NCBI GenBank assembly: GCA_043228905.1
Contig: JBHGNT010000018.1
Span: 7,874,001-7,938,000, forward strand
Length of the DNA stretch: 64,000 nucleotides
DNA from: Azolla caroliniana
Lineage: Eukaryota; Plantae; Polypodiophyta
Direction: 5' to 3'
This document shows, one piece after another, positions 1-11,420 of the stretch; within the stretch, counting starts at the first letter, position 1, and each line of letters begins with the position of its first letter. The notes below the pieces were generated by a model that had not been told where the DNA came from, ran no database searches, and saw only the letters and a program-made list of their open reading frames with translations. Both the position numbers and the translations under genes were made by a program.

Positions 1-941
1 CTACGCGCGGATCGTGAGGCAGAACCGCTGGGCTTCTGGACCAGAAGGATTTAGAGTCGATACAAGCTTTGGCGAGAAAGTACTTAAGATATATTGAGAA
101 AGAGAGAAGATGAGATTACACGATTGATTTGATAACGAATTTCTTCTTCTTAATTTTCATAAAAAAAAAACCATCTTTTTCTCCTCCCCCTTCCCTCTTT
201 TATAGATGCTCTCATGCATATGATGCATGTGAGGGTACAAGACATGCATAAATTGCATGTTTGCCATTCGACGCTTAAGTATTACATGTGGTGCATGCTA
301 ACCATGTCACTCATTTTAGCACTCATGGATGAGAATTTACATGTAAAACTACAATGATAGAAATATAATTTAAACTAAATACCATGGCTTAATGGTAAGC
401 CATTTGACTCCTAACTTGGAGGTGCAAGGTTCGAATCCATACTTGCCCTCCTTGTATATGTAAATATGTATATATTTTTATATATTTATTTTATCTAGTC
501 GCCGGTTCGCCGGATGCCGACGCCGTCGCCGGAAGCCGCCGGATCACCGGCTCCATCGCCGGTCCGGTTTTGGTTGGCCAAAACCCTTTTCGAGTAGCTA
601 GCCACCTCCACTCTAAGTTCAAGTTACCTTGAACTCCCTATGCTCCACACATAGACACAAAGATAATATCTTTTGCTCCACCTTATATATGATGAGAGCC
701 GTATTTGTCGTGCCTATGTGGGATATCTCACAATTTTCTCTTTTCTTTTCACAAACTTTATACCCTTATATCTTGACATTTAGTTGTCCCTTTCTCGTGT
801 AATAAAGTGCATTCGAAACCTCCATCATTTTGTACTTAGATATTAAAAATGTTATCTTCACAATTATTGTATTACGTGATTCATACTCGATTTTGTACGT
901 TTTATGGGATTTTCACACTATTGCCGAAAATCTTCACGACA
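1..941 (-). repeat. 3' LTR of the gypsy element (left end outside window)
   Basis: Near-identical to 8299-9267; ends ...TTCACGACA at 941, adjacent to the PPT. Confidence 0.93.
385..448 (+). other. tRNA-like Pol III module inside the LTR (A box, D-arm, CCT anticodon-like loop, B box); second copy at 8682-8745
   Basis: TGGCTTAATGG A box within a GGCTT/AAGCC hairpin, CTCCTAA loop, GGTTCGAATCC B box; no acceptor stem found. Confidence 0.65.
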
Positions 942-958
942 TCCACCCCCACCAAACC
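942..958 (-). other. Polypurine tract of the gypsy element
   Basis: GGTTTGGTGGGGGTGGA on the minus strand immediately before the TGT of the 3' LTR. Confidence 0.75.
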
Positions 959-1255
959 GCACGTCCTCCGGTACGTGCCAAGAAGAGAAGAAGTGAGATT
1001 TCGGCTACGATGATCAATTAGATCCCTCCATGTCTTCATTTTCATCCGGCCTATTATGTTCATCGTCGAGGTAATCGAGGTCAGGATCCTTGTCTTGTCT
1101 TTTCTTGAAAAGCTTTACTCTTTTTCCCGCAATGGGTACGGCCAACCTTGATCCGTCTAGTTCTGCAAGGTGGTATGTGGCATTATCGTTGGCACTTCTC
1201 ACCACATACGGCCCGAACCATCTTGTTGCGAACTTCCTTGTTGTACTATGTTGAT

Positions 1256-2350
1256 TGTCAAGGGTGTTGTCGTAAACCAAAACCCAATCCCCTTCTTCAA
1301 TCTTCTTGGGACGAAGTCGATGCGTGTTGTCGAACCGAACTTTGTTCTTTACTCGGGTTGCCTTCATCATCTTTCGCGCTTTTTCTAAATCTTCAGGTCT
1401 TCTTTCAAGTTGCCTTATCCGCGCCGCTAATAACTCTTCTCGGCTCATCTCGTTCTCCCACGGTATCGCTACCCATGAGGCGATCGTCCTTTCGATGGGC
1501 ATAATCGGCTTTTGTCCATACATAAGCTCTATCGGCATATACCCTGTCACCGAGCTATGTGTCGTTCTAAATCTTCAGGTCTTCTTTCAAGTTGCCTTAT
1601 CCACGCCGCTAATAACTCTTCTCGGCTCATCTCGTTCTCCCACGGTATCGCTACCCATGAGGCGATCGTCCTTTCGATGGGCATAATCGGCTTTTGTCCA
1701 TACATAAGCTCTGTCGGCATATACCCTGTCACCGAGCTATGTGTCAAGGGTGTTGTCGTAAACCAAAACCCAATCCCCTTCTTCAATCTTCTTGGGACGA
1801 AGTCGATGCGTGTTGTCGAACTGAACTTTGTTCTTTACTCGGGCTGCCTTCATCATCTTTCGCGCTTTTCTAAATCTTCAGGTCTTCTTTCAAGTTGCCT
1901 TATCCGCGCCGCTAATAACTCTTCTCGGCTCATCTCGTTCTCCCACGGTATCGCTACCCATGAGGCGATCGTCCTTTCGATGGGCATAATCGGCTTTTGT
2001 CCATACATAAGCTCTGTCGGCATATACCCTGTCACCGAGCTATGTGTCAAGGGTGTTGTCGTAAACCAAAACCCAATCCCCTTCTTCAATCTTCTTGGGA
2101 CGAAGTCGATGCGTGTTGTCGAACCGAACTTTGTTCTTTACTCGGGCTGCCTTCATCATCTTTCGCGCTTTTTCTAAATCTTCAGGTCTTCTTTCAAGTT
2201 GCCTTATCCGCGCCGCTAATAACTCTTCTCGGCTCATCTCGTTCTCCCATGGTATCGCTACCCATGAGGCGATCGTCCTTTCGATGGGCATAATCGGCTT
2301 TTGTCCATACATAAGCTCTGTCGGCATATACCCTGTCACCGAGCTATGTG
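1256..2350. repeat. Tandem duplications (~303-bp and ~182-bp units) inside the integrase C-terminal coding region
   Basis: Four near-identical copies of the HSSVTGYMP...RRPEDLE segment; junctions at TGTC microhomology. Confidence 0.9.
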
Positions 2351-2545
2351 TCGTTCTATCGGCCCACAAGGCATAGGGTAATAGTCGTGGCCAATTCCCG
2401 ACTCGACCGTTGCATGCCCGTACGATGGCTTTAACGATAGGTCCATGCCCTCGCTCGATCTTCCCATTTGCTTCCGGATTGTAGGCAGTCGTGAGGGAGA
2501 GCTTCACGCCTAGTCTTTCAAAGAGCTCCGTCGCTTCGTGCGCGT

Positions 2546-3269
2546 TGTCGTGCCTTTCGGCTCCGGATCGTTGCGTGAGTCGGGTGGGAACCGCCGAGGT
2601 TTTGGACTAGGAGGAAGAGGAATAATTTAAGGCGATTTTAATTATGTATAGATTATTAGAAGCTTGTGAATCCCACAAGTATTACGTTAATCAATATTTA
2701 TGTAAGAATATGAATTTAGATTGAAAGAGATAGGTTATATAAAACTTCGTGAATCCCACGATTATATTAATTGGTGTTTTTAGGAAATATATCCAATTTC
2801 CCAAATATTTCACACACACATTACATTGTGCTCCCCATCCTTATGTAGTGATGAGGGAGTCCATGCTTTTTTTTTTTTTCCTAACTATAGACTCCATGCT
2901 TTTCCTATAGATAGACTATATGCTTTATCTAAAGTGATCATGCTTTTTCTAACTTGTGCGTTTTTTTTTATCAACTATAGCGTTCATGCACGCTAGATGT
3001 GCATGTGTAGCTTTTTCTTTTAGCATGCGTTTTCTTTTAACTAAAGTTTATCCTAGGTGAACTAAGGTTTCTATGTGGAACATCTATATTTAAACACAAA
3101 TGAAATGCTAGTGTAATGGTAAGACATTACATTATTAACATGGAGGTGCAAGGTTCGAATCTTGCCCTATGCATGTTATATAAATTTTAATATTTTCTAC
3201 TATTTATTCATATTTATTAAATTGGTACTTTATAAGTTTTTCACGTAGTGTACAAAATACACTACGACA
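2546..3269. mobile_element. Solo LTR (724 bp) inserted in the integrase
   Basis: TGTCG...CGACA termini; 4-bp TSD GCGT (2542-2545 and 3270-3273); removing it restores the frame DRGELDAHEATELFERLGVKL. Confidence 0.92.
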
Positions 3270-6014
3270 GCGTCCAACTCCCCTCGGTCGGCCACTATCT
3301 TCCCTACACATCCATATCGGCAAACAACATCTTCAAGTAAAAATTTACAAACGGCTGAAGTCGTCTTATTTGTCAAGGCTCGTCCTTCCACTTGATTTGT
3401 CAAGTCTTCCCTTGCCAGCGCTAAGTACTTCATTTGTCCCACTCCCATTGGCATCGAGACCAGATCCACCATCCATTTGAAGTGAATGGTGAGTGGGTAT
3501 GTCGGCTTTAACTCATCACGATGACGTATATTTGAATATATTTGGCAAGTCTCACATGTGGAAACGAAATGGAGTACATCTTTGTACATGCTTGGCCGCC
3601 AGTACTTCTCCTTCAATTTTTCGAACGTCGCCCATGTTTCTCTATGACCTGCCCAAGCACTCTCGTGGAATTCGGTCATCAACGTCTCTTGCTCTTCTTT
3701 CTTTACCACCACTCGACGTGGTATTCCTGTCCTTCTTTTTGGATGTCGCCAAAGGAATACTCTCTTCAAGAAGTATCGATAAGCTTTCTTCCGGATTCGT
3801 AGGGCCTCCTCCTTTGTCAACGAAGCATCGGTCGTCAATGTTCTTAGGAATCTACCGATGAGTAACCATTCTCCTTCGTACTCGTTCTCGTGGAAGGCGT
3901 GGAGGGTTTGCGTGTCCTGGTCTTCCGCCGACAATCGAGCCATCTTGAAGAAATCGAGGGCGACATCTTCATCTTCCGAAACCATTTTACTTCCATTTGA
4001 AAATCTTGCCCTTGACAGCATGTCAGCCATGGCGTTCTTCTTCCCTGCGATGTGACGGATCTCTGGGTTTAAAGACTTGATGTAGGCGATCCACCTTAGC
4101 ATAGCAAGATCTGGGGTCGCACATCCCGAGATCATTCCGAGAATTGGGAGACAATCTGTCTCTATTATCACTTCTGACCCGATCAGGTAATCTTTGTCCG
4201 TCTTCACTGCCGACACAATACCCCAAAGTTCCCGCTTGACTTGGGCATATCTTTGTTGCCGTTCGCTAAGAACCTTTGCTCCGAACCGGACGGCATATCG
4301 CGCATTATCTTCACCTTCTTGATTGATGACCCACCCGATTCCGGTTGGGCTCGTATCTACGGTCACGTAAATTGGTTTCCCTTCGGCATAGTCGGCCTTC
4401 CTTAGTGCCGGAGCTTCAAGAAGCAGTTTCTTTAATCTTCGCATCGCCTCTGTGTGCTCGTCTCGCCATTCGAACTTTATTCTTTTCTTTAGTAGTCCAT
4501 ATAACGGTTCGGCGACATGAGCGTAGTGAGGAATCCATATATGATAAAGGCGCACGCTCCAAGGAATCTTCGAACCTCCGTTTGGTTTTCGCATTCTTCT
4601 TTCATGTCTTGGATTGCGTTCACTTTGGATGGCGAGGGCTTCCGGCCGTATGCTCCACACAAGTGACCTACCACCAAGATCTCTGGTTGCCCGAATGCGG
4701 ATTTTTCTCCCGAAAATGTCAAATTCGCATCTTCGAGCCTTTGAAGCACCTTCTCGCAATCTTTCATATCATCCGCAACAAACTTTCTACAACCTTCCTT
4801 ATCTTTCGATTCATCTTTCTCCTCATCCGAACATCCTTTTATCGGAATATCATCCAAGAATGGCATCGTGATGTCCGGAATGCAATCCTTCAAGACTTTA
4901 TTCATGGCATTCACCATATGAGCCACCGAGTTCGTTGCGCCTTGGGGTAAGGTACACATCCGCACAAGCCCGATCGGAGTCCTCATGGTTGTAATGTCCC
5001 GACTGTCGATCGCCAACTGGAATTGGTCATATCCGGAGTAGAGATCGCCAATGGAGTAGATGGACCGGCCCGCAAACGCTTCGGCAAATTCGTCCACGCT
5101 CAAACCGATTCCGGCATTTCGAATTGTCACCTTGTTGACGGGTTGAAGATCTTGGATGAATCGCAATGATCCATTCTTTTTCGGCACCGTGAACCACCTA
5201 TTGGAATAAGGAGCATTCGACGGTTCTAGAATTCCCATACTCACCTTCTCCTTTAAGAGCTCGATCAGCTTCGAAAGGTGTGCTCTCGGAACCGGTATCG
5301 GTTTCAAATTCCAAGGCACATGAGGCACCGTGAAGATCACCATTGGCTCTATAACCTTTGGGTCGGCGCATCCGATTTCTCGTGGGAAGAATGTGAAAGC
5401 CTTCCCATGTCTCTCAAGCATATCGCGAAACATTCGCTCCTCTTCAGGGAGAAGGAAATCCTCCTTTCCAACTCGTAGCTTCCCCTTCGTCTCTTTGGTG
5501 AAGTCATGACCTATCTTCTTCGGATCTCTTAAGCTTGGATCGTTAGCGACTTCCTTCATCTTTTGCCAGCTATCTTCCGGTAGCAGAACCGCAACTGGCT
5601 TGATCTTCTTATCCACCGTTTTATATTTCGTGTTGATGTCAGCTTCCTTCATCGAGATGCCACGACGGTATTCATCGATGATAGCGTACATGTTGACGGA
5701 GTTAACCGAAATCACGCGTTGGTTGTGAAGATAGCTCAAGTCCACGACGTCCTCGATTTCGCCGATGGTGTCGTTAAATGAGGCTTCTTCCATAATATGA
5801 GTCACGAACTCTCCTTCTTCTATTATGTTCTCTTCTTTCAGCATCTTCTCGAATTCTTGTATCCGGTGCTTGTGCTTCTTCTCGGGTAGTACTAGTTTAC
5901 ATGCGCCACTAGGTGTGACACATATTGCTTCTCCTTGCAATCCACGCGCTCTTCTTTCTTGTGGGGTCTTGTGATTGCTCGGACTATTAGTGCCCCGTGC
6001 TTCAATAGTCCGCT

Positions 6015-8219
6015 CTAAAAATCCGAGGATTCGCCTCCGAGACTATCTCGATTCCTTTCATGATTGGCTCGCACCGTTAGGAATTGGACCGATCTTTGGT
6101 TGTCAAGACTCTTTATTCGTGCGAAGGCTGCTCCATTATCGAACACTTTGGTCTCCATCCGAGATGATGTGATATAAGGTTGCCCTAGGATGACAGGATG
6201 CGACGCCGATTCTTGTACGAAGAAGTGTTGATCCATCTCCACATCCCCGATCGTGACTTTGACATTGGGACAAGCTCCGTACAAGTCCTCCGTAGACTTT
6301 GTTGCCGCGCGAATCTTCCATCCGTGGTTTGTATTGATTGGCCATCTTCCCTTTTTGTAGAAGTCGGTTGACATGAGGTTGATCTCCGAGCCGTGGTCGA
6401 TCAAGGCTACGACGGTCTATTTCTTCTCCCCGATCTTTACCGGCGTCTCCGTTGTCGCTCGTGCCCAATGAGGTCGAGTGTAGTGGTTGTCCACCATATC
6501 TTCATCGATTTCGTCTCTTGCCATCGTTATGGCATTCGTTTTTGCTTTCTGCGGCTTCTCTTCTTCCTCGTCCGATTGTTGTTTCTTTCTCTTTACAAGG
6601 TCCACGATCGTGTCATGGAACTCCTTCTTCGTAATGCCAAGCAATTCCCTCAAGGACAAAGTTATGTGGCTATCAAGAACTCGTTCTTCGAGAATCTTCT
6701 TTAGGTCCGTCGTCTGCTCTATGTCCGACCTTAGCTTATAGGTAGGTATGGTCCTTGTCCTCCGAGCGGGGTCTTCGACACCAACCTTCACAGGCCGAAC
6801 CATTTCTTCAACTCGTATGCTCGGCTCCCCTTTTCGGCTTGATTCTCGTTCCTCCGTTTGTAAAGGTCGACTTGTCTCCGCATCGTCCTTCTTTTTCGCG
6901 TTCCTTGTTTCATGTCTTTTTGATGGCCCTTGCTCTTCTATTCTCTTTCTCTTTTCTTCGACGAACACCTCGTGGTTGTCGCACATCACCTCTGCGAGTA
7001 TGGTGTTGTCGTCCACCGGATCCGACCACCCGGTTATGCTTTGCACGCTTCGGTCCGCAAGCTCTACCTCGTTCGATGTGATTTTTCCCTTCTTCTCATA
7101 TTCGAGAACGGAAGTCCAAAACTTTGCCCTCGCTCTAGCAGCTTCAGTCTTGTCTTTCCCGACTCTTATTCCGGCCGACGCAGCATAGTGCATCGCATCC
7201 ACATGAGTCGCATCGGCATCCTCCATAGATCTCTTCATTCCTCCTCTTCCGAAATTCACCCATAGGGGTCTTCTAGTCTCGCTTGAGCAGATCATGTTGT
7301 CCTCTATGTATACAATATTTTGTCGAATCGCCTCTCGAAGGCTCGCACAATCCCTTCTCATGTGGTCCATGCTATCGCACCACACGCATCTAAAGGGTTC
7401 TTTTCCTTTAGGGCCCCGACGATTCATGTTGGCTAGCGTGACCTTCTCGAACTTCTTCGCTAGCTCTTCGATGATGTCGTCATCAATCTTCTTTTCTTCC
7501 ACGTTACTTTGTCTTGGCGGCTCAGCTACTTTCGGTGGTCTTGCTTTCTCCGTGGTAGTCGGTCCCGTCATGTCGGTGTCATCAACCCATTGGCGACGCT
7601 TGTCGAGCCTATTGCATGCCCGCTTCACCGCGATCCAGTCCGCTACGAGCCCATTTGCTTGGGTATCATCTTCGAGAAGAGTCCCCAACTCCCGTCTATC
7701 CTTTATGTCCACGGCCTTCAAGAAGTACAAAGTTTTGTCCTCTTCAAGCAACACTTGGTCCGTATTGGGGAGACGACTAAACATCTGGTCGAATTCGTCG
7801 TACACCCTCGAGACGCTCATCTTCTTATTCTTCTTCTCTATCCACTTCATCAGGGCATGTCGAGTCATCCTCGTTGAGTCTTCAGTCACGAACTCCGCTA
7901 GTATCGTTTTCTCGAACTCGGACCATGTTGTCTTTCCTTCTTGAAGCTCGATGACGCGTCTTTGGATATTGTTGGCGACAACTCTCTTGAAGCTTGCGAT
8001 TTGACGTGCCTCGGACACGTCCCTTTGATTCATCTCCCTCTTATATGCATCAAGGAACTTCGTAACGTTCCTTCCATCGAATTGGCCCTCGAGCTCTACG
8101 ACACGATCGATAGCCTTCTCCACGCTCGCGTCGTTGTCCCGAGATCTCATCATTTGCTCGACGATTAGCATCATCCTTTCGAGCTCTCCTGCTTGGTTGC
8201 TTGAGGACGCCATCTCCAA
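6015..8219 (-). pseudogene. Gypsy gag plus aspartic protease
   Basis: 600-aa gag with CVWCDSMDHMRRDC zinc knuckle; protease ALIDHGSEINLM in the same frame after one TAG at 6417-6419. Confidence 0.88.
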
Positions 8220-8254
8220 GTATTAATCTCGACTTGATCCTTCCTACCGCCTCT

Positions 8255-8272
8255 TTCACGTCGGGTTCACCA
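8255..8272 (-). other. Primer binding site complementary to the tRNA-Trp 3' end
   Basis: TGGTGAACCCGACGTGAA matches the plant tRNA-Trp(CCA) 3' end ...TTCACGTCGGGTTCACCA; lies 8 nt from the LTR. Confidence 0.85.
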
Positions 8273-8280
8273 CTTAATTA

Positions 8281-9267
8281 TGTCCTGAAGATCCGTCACT
8301 ATGCGCGGATCGTGAGGCGAAACCGCTGGGGTTCTGGACCAAAAGGATTTAGAGTCGATACAAGCTTTGGCGAGAAAGTACTTAAGATATATTGAGAAAG
8401 AGAGAAGATGAGATTACACGATTGATTTGATAACGAATTTCTTCTTCTTAATTTTCATAAAAAAAAACCATCTTTTTCTCCTCCCCCTTCCCTCTTTTAT
8501 AGATGCTCTCATGCATATGATGCATGTGAGGGTACAAGACATGCATAAATTGCATGTTTGCCATTCGGCGCTTAAGTATTAGATGTGGTGCATGCTAACC
8601 ATGTCACTCATTTTAGCACTCATGGATGAGAATTTACATGTAAAAGTACAATGATAGAAATATAATTTAAACTAAATACCATGGCTTAATGGTAAGCCAT
8701 TTGACTCCTAACTTGGAGGTGCAAGGTTCAAATCCATACTTGCCCTCCTTCTATATGTATATATTTTTATATATTTATTTTATCTAGTCGCCGGTTCGCC
8801 GGATGCCGACGCCGCCACCGGATACCGGTGCCGCATGCCGCCGCCGGATTGCGGTCGGATGCCGTCGGATCACCGGCTCCATCGCCGGTCTGGTTTTGGT
8901 TGGCCAAAACCTTTTTCGAGTAGCTAGCCACCTCCACTCTAAGTTCAAGTTACCTTGAACTCTCTATGCTCCACACATAGACACAAAGATAATATCTTTT
9001 GCTCCACCTTATATATGATGAGAGCCGTATTTGTCGTGCCTATGTGGGATATCTCACAATTTTCTCTTTTCTTTTCACAAACTTTATACCCTCATATCTT
9101 GACATTTAGTTGTCCATTTCTCGTGTAATAAAGTGCATTCGAAACCTCCATCATTTTGTACTTAGATATTAAAAATGTTATCTTCACAATTATTGTATTA
9201 CGTGATTCATACTCGATTTTGTACGTTTTATGGGATTTTCACACTATTGCCGAAAATTTTCACGACA
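8281..9267 (-). repeat. 5' LTR of the gypsy element (987 bp)
   Basis: TG...CA with imperfect terminal inverted repeat; direct repeat of 1-941; next to the PBS. Confidence 0.93.
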
Positions 9268-9792
9268 CCGTGTATGCCTGCCGCCTATGCTTCCATGGTG
9301 TGGCGGAAACGTGGAACTAGTTGTAGCAGTTTCACAGCCTGCTAACACCTGCCAAATGGGGTCCGGACCCGGTCTTTCATTCTCTGTTCGCTCCATTGTC
9401 TTCGCGGACTCTTGCCGCATACGTTTCGTATTGGTCGCGTTTGCTTTTTCCACCCACGCTTGGGCTTGTCGGCATACCTCGTCTTGCGCAGCCCAATCCA
9501 CCGTTTTTGTTTGCTAGCATGTCATGACTTGTTGCACCTCCGTCGTAATCGTATTGACAACGGGCCCCTTTCCCTTGCGTGTTGGGCATTGCATGGCATA
9601 ATGTCTGGGTTGCTGACAAATAAAACAATGGATGCTTGATTCTCCCTTCTCGGCTCCAGGTGGTGTGTGCTGCTCTCCGGGTGCGACTTGCTCTTCGCGG
9701 TCCAGCCTTGTTTGTTGGAACGTACGCGGTGGCTGTTGTTGGTCCCGTCGTTGTTCCTGGTGCCGCTCATCCCCCGAGCTTTCATCATAATG

Positions 9793-11073
9793 TCATTGAT
9801 CCCTGTATTGCCGTGGCTTACCCCGATAGCCATTGAAGCCGCCCCGTTTGTTTGTCGGCCGTTGATTCTCGTAGCGCTGACCCCCTTTGGCGTAACTCGG
9901 ATTTCCACGATAATCCTCATCCTCTGGGTCGTCCTCCTCGGAATCGTTGTGATTCTGGCGATTCCAATTGTACCGATCCTCCCGCGGGTTGTGATCCTTA
10001 TACCGGGGTCGGTCTTCTTGCCTCCTTTGTTCAGCCCGGTGCGGTTGACGCTGTGTCTCCATGCTGCGGACTGCGGGAGTGGCTCTGTTTAACATATTGT
10101 ACTCGCATTGGTCGATTGTGTGAGCCTTCGAGTGGCAGATTGGGCAGTGGATTCGCATATTGCACTCCACTACGGAATGCCCTGAGTTCAAGCAAATCGT
10201 GCACTGGATTGCTTGACGAAATTGGCGTTCCTCATCCTGAGGTAACGCTTGTCGTAAGGAGGACATAGAAAACCGTTCCTCCTCGTCATCCAACTCGAGC
10301 TGTAACGCTCGTTCAATTACCATATCCGTCGTTTCCACTTTCACGCTATTGTTGTTGAGCGTTGCCCGGATGGGCCAGCGTAAGGCTGCCAGAAATGTTT
10401 CCCGAGCCTCTTCCTCCGTGAGGCTTCGTTCCAGTTTCCGTCGTAAATTTTGGAAACGTAAGCTGAAGTTCACTATCGTCTCGGTCGGTAGTTGCTTAAT
10501 TGTATAAAACTGCCCGAGAATCTTGCGTTGTGGGACCCTCCGATGGAAGAATCGCAAGAAAGCGGACTGTAGTTGATCGAAGGTTGTTATGGCTGGTAAA
10601 TCCATCTTTGAATGCCAAAATGCCGCACGCCCATCTAGTGTTAATCCAAACTCTGTCATTTTCGACTGGTGTGCCACCATGTCGGAGAGATTCTGCGCCA
10701 TGTGGTTCGCATTCCAAACATTCAGGAACATGTGAATATGCGTTGCAGCGTCGGTTTCGCCGTTAAATCGGGGATAGGCAAAGGCCATAGTGGGAGCTAC
10801 GGCGAATCGGGAAAGACCACCAGGTGGCTGTGGTGAGTGTGGTCCCCGCGTCTCGTCGAGGTATTTGGGGAGTGAAGAATCCCCTTTGTACTCACGGCAG
10901 GTAGTACTGAGGTCGCTAAGGTGTGGCCTTTGCCGTGCGCGTTCTTCTACCTGGCGTATGATGGACCTTGTTATTGGCCGGTCTTGTCGTGTTGGTTCTC
11001 TGGGTCGTCTGCAGCTAAACATCCATTCGTTGTTGCTCGTCTGTGAGGAAACACAGATCACCAAGCGTGCCAA
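9793..11073 (-). CDS. Retrotransposon Gag with tandem CCHC zinc knuckles (frameshifted downstream)
   Basis: F-G-D...H gag N-terminus, LDGRAAFW, IKQLPTETI; CTICLNSGHSVVEC and CPICHSKAHTIDQC; a third knuckle out of frame near 9600. Confidence 0.8.
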   Translation of the reverse strand: MARLVICVSSQTSNNEWMFSCRRPREPTRQDRPITRSIIRQVEERARQRPHLSDLSTTCREYKGDSSLPKYLDETRGPHSPQPPGGLSRFAVAPTMAFAYPRFNGETDAATHIHMFLNVWNANHMAQNLSDMVAHQSKMTEFGLTLDGRAAFWHSKMDLPAITTFDQLQSAFLRFFHRRVPQRKILGQFYTIKQLPTETIVNFSLRFQNLRRKLERSLTEEEARETFLAALRWPIRATLNNNSVKVETTDMVIERALQLELDDEEERFSMSSLRQALPQDEERQFRQAIQCTICLNSGHSVVECNMRIHCPICHSKAHTIDQCEYNMLNRATPAVRSMETQRQPHRAEQRRQEDRPRYKDHNPREDRYNWNRQNHNDSEEDDPEDEDYRGNPSYAKGGQRYENQRPTNKRGGFNGYRGKPRQYRDQ

Positions 11074-11420
11074 AAGTGTTGCCGTTTAGGAACACAGTTC
11101 GCGGTCAGTCCTTCGACCTAGACCTCAAGTGGGTGTGGAACAATGAACAGGTGTATAAGCGTATTGCGTAAGGGTAGAACCCCTATAACCTATCATCGTA
11201 TAAGGGAAGATGGCTACAACTGAATCCCTATTCAGGGTTACACTTACGTACTACAACGCTTAAGTAATCAAGACACCCACTCTGAACTAGCCGTAGCTAT
11301 ACACAGAAAATCAAAGAAGATAGTATTCTATTATAAGGGGTTTCTTTACATTCCCCAAAATTACATGCACCTCTATCAAAGGTTTTCTGCCCTTTATATA
11401 TGCAGGGTCTAATTAGCCGT

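Larger units (their letters stand above)
1017..5940 (-). pseudogene. Gypsy pol (RT, RNase H, integrase), disrupted
   Basis: RT motifs DLYSGYDQF, LPQGATNS, FLDD; RH VDTS, ELWG, TDC; INT H-H-C-C zinc finger, VDL, ADRGE, NGKIERGH, WFGPY. Frameshift near 4540, solo LTR at 2546-3269, tandem duplications at 1256-2350. Confidence 0.93.
1..9267 (-). mobile_element. Ty3/gypsy LTR retrotransposon, near full length, inactivated; tRNA-Trp-primed
   Basis: LTR copies at 1-941 (cut by window edge) and 8281-9267 (TGTCC...CGACA termini); PBS and PPT present; gag-PR-RT-RH-INT order on the minus strand; right flank CCGT. Confidence 0.95.

Noticed and set aside
385-448. Functional tRNA gene in the LTR
   Set aside because: No acceptor stem and a poor anticodon stem; kept only as a tRNA-like module
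6417-6419. Programmed stop-codon readthrough between gag and protease
   Set aside because: The TAG falls inside the protease N-terminal strand (KIGEKK*TVVALID) without a CARYYA-type context; a point mutation is more likely
1148-11089. Plus-strand ORFs overlapping gag/pol
   Set aside because: Antisense shadows of GC-rich retrotransposon coding sequence
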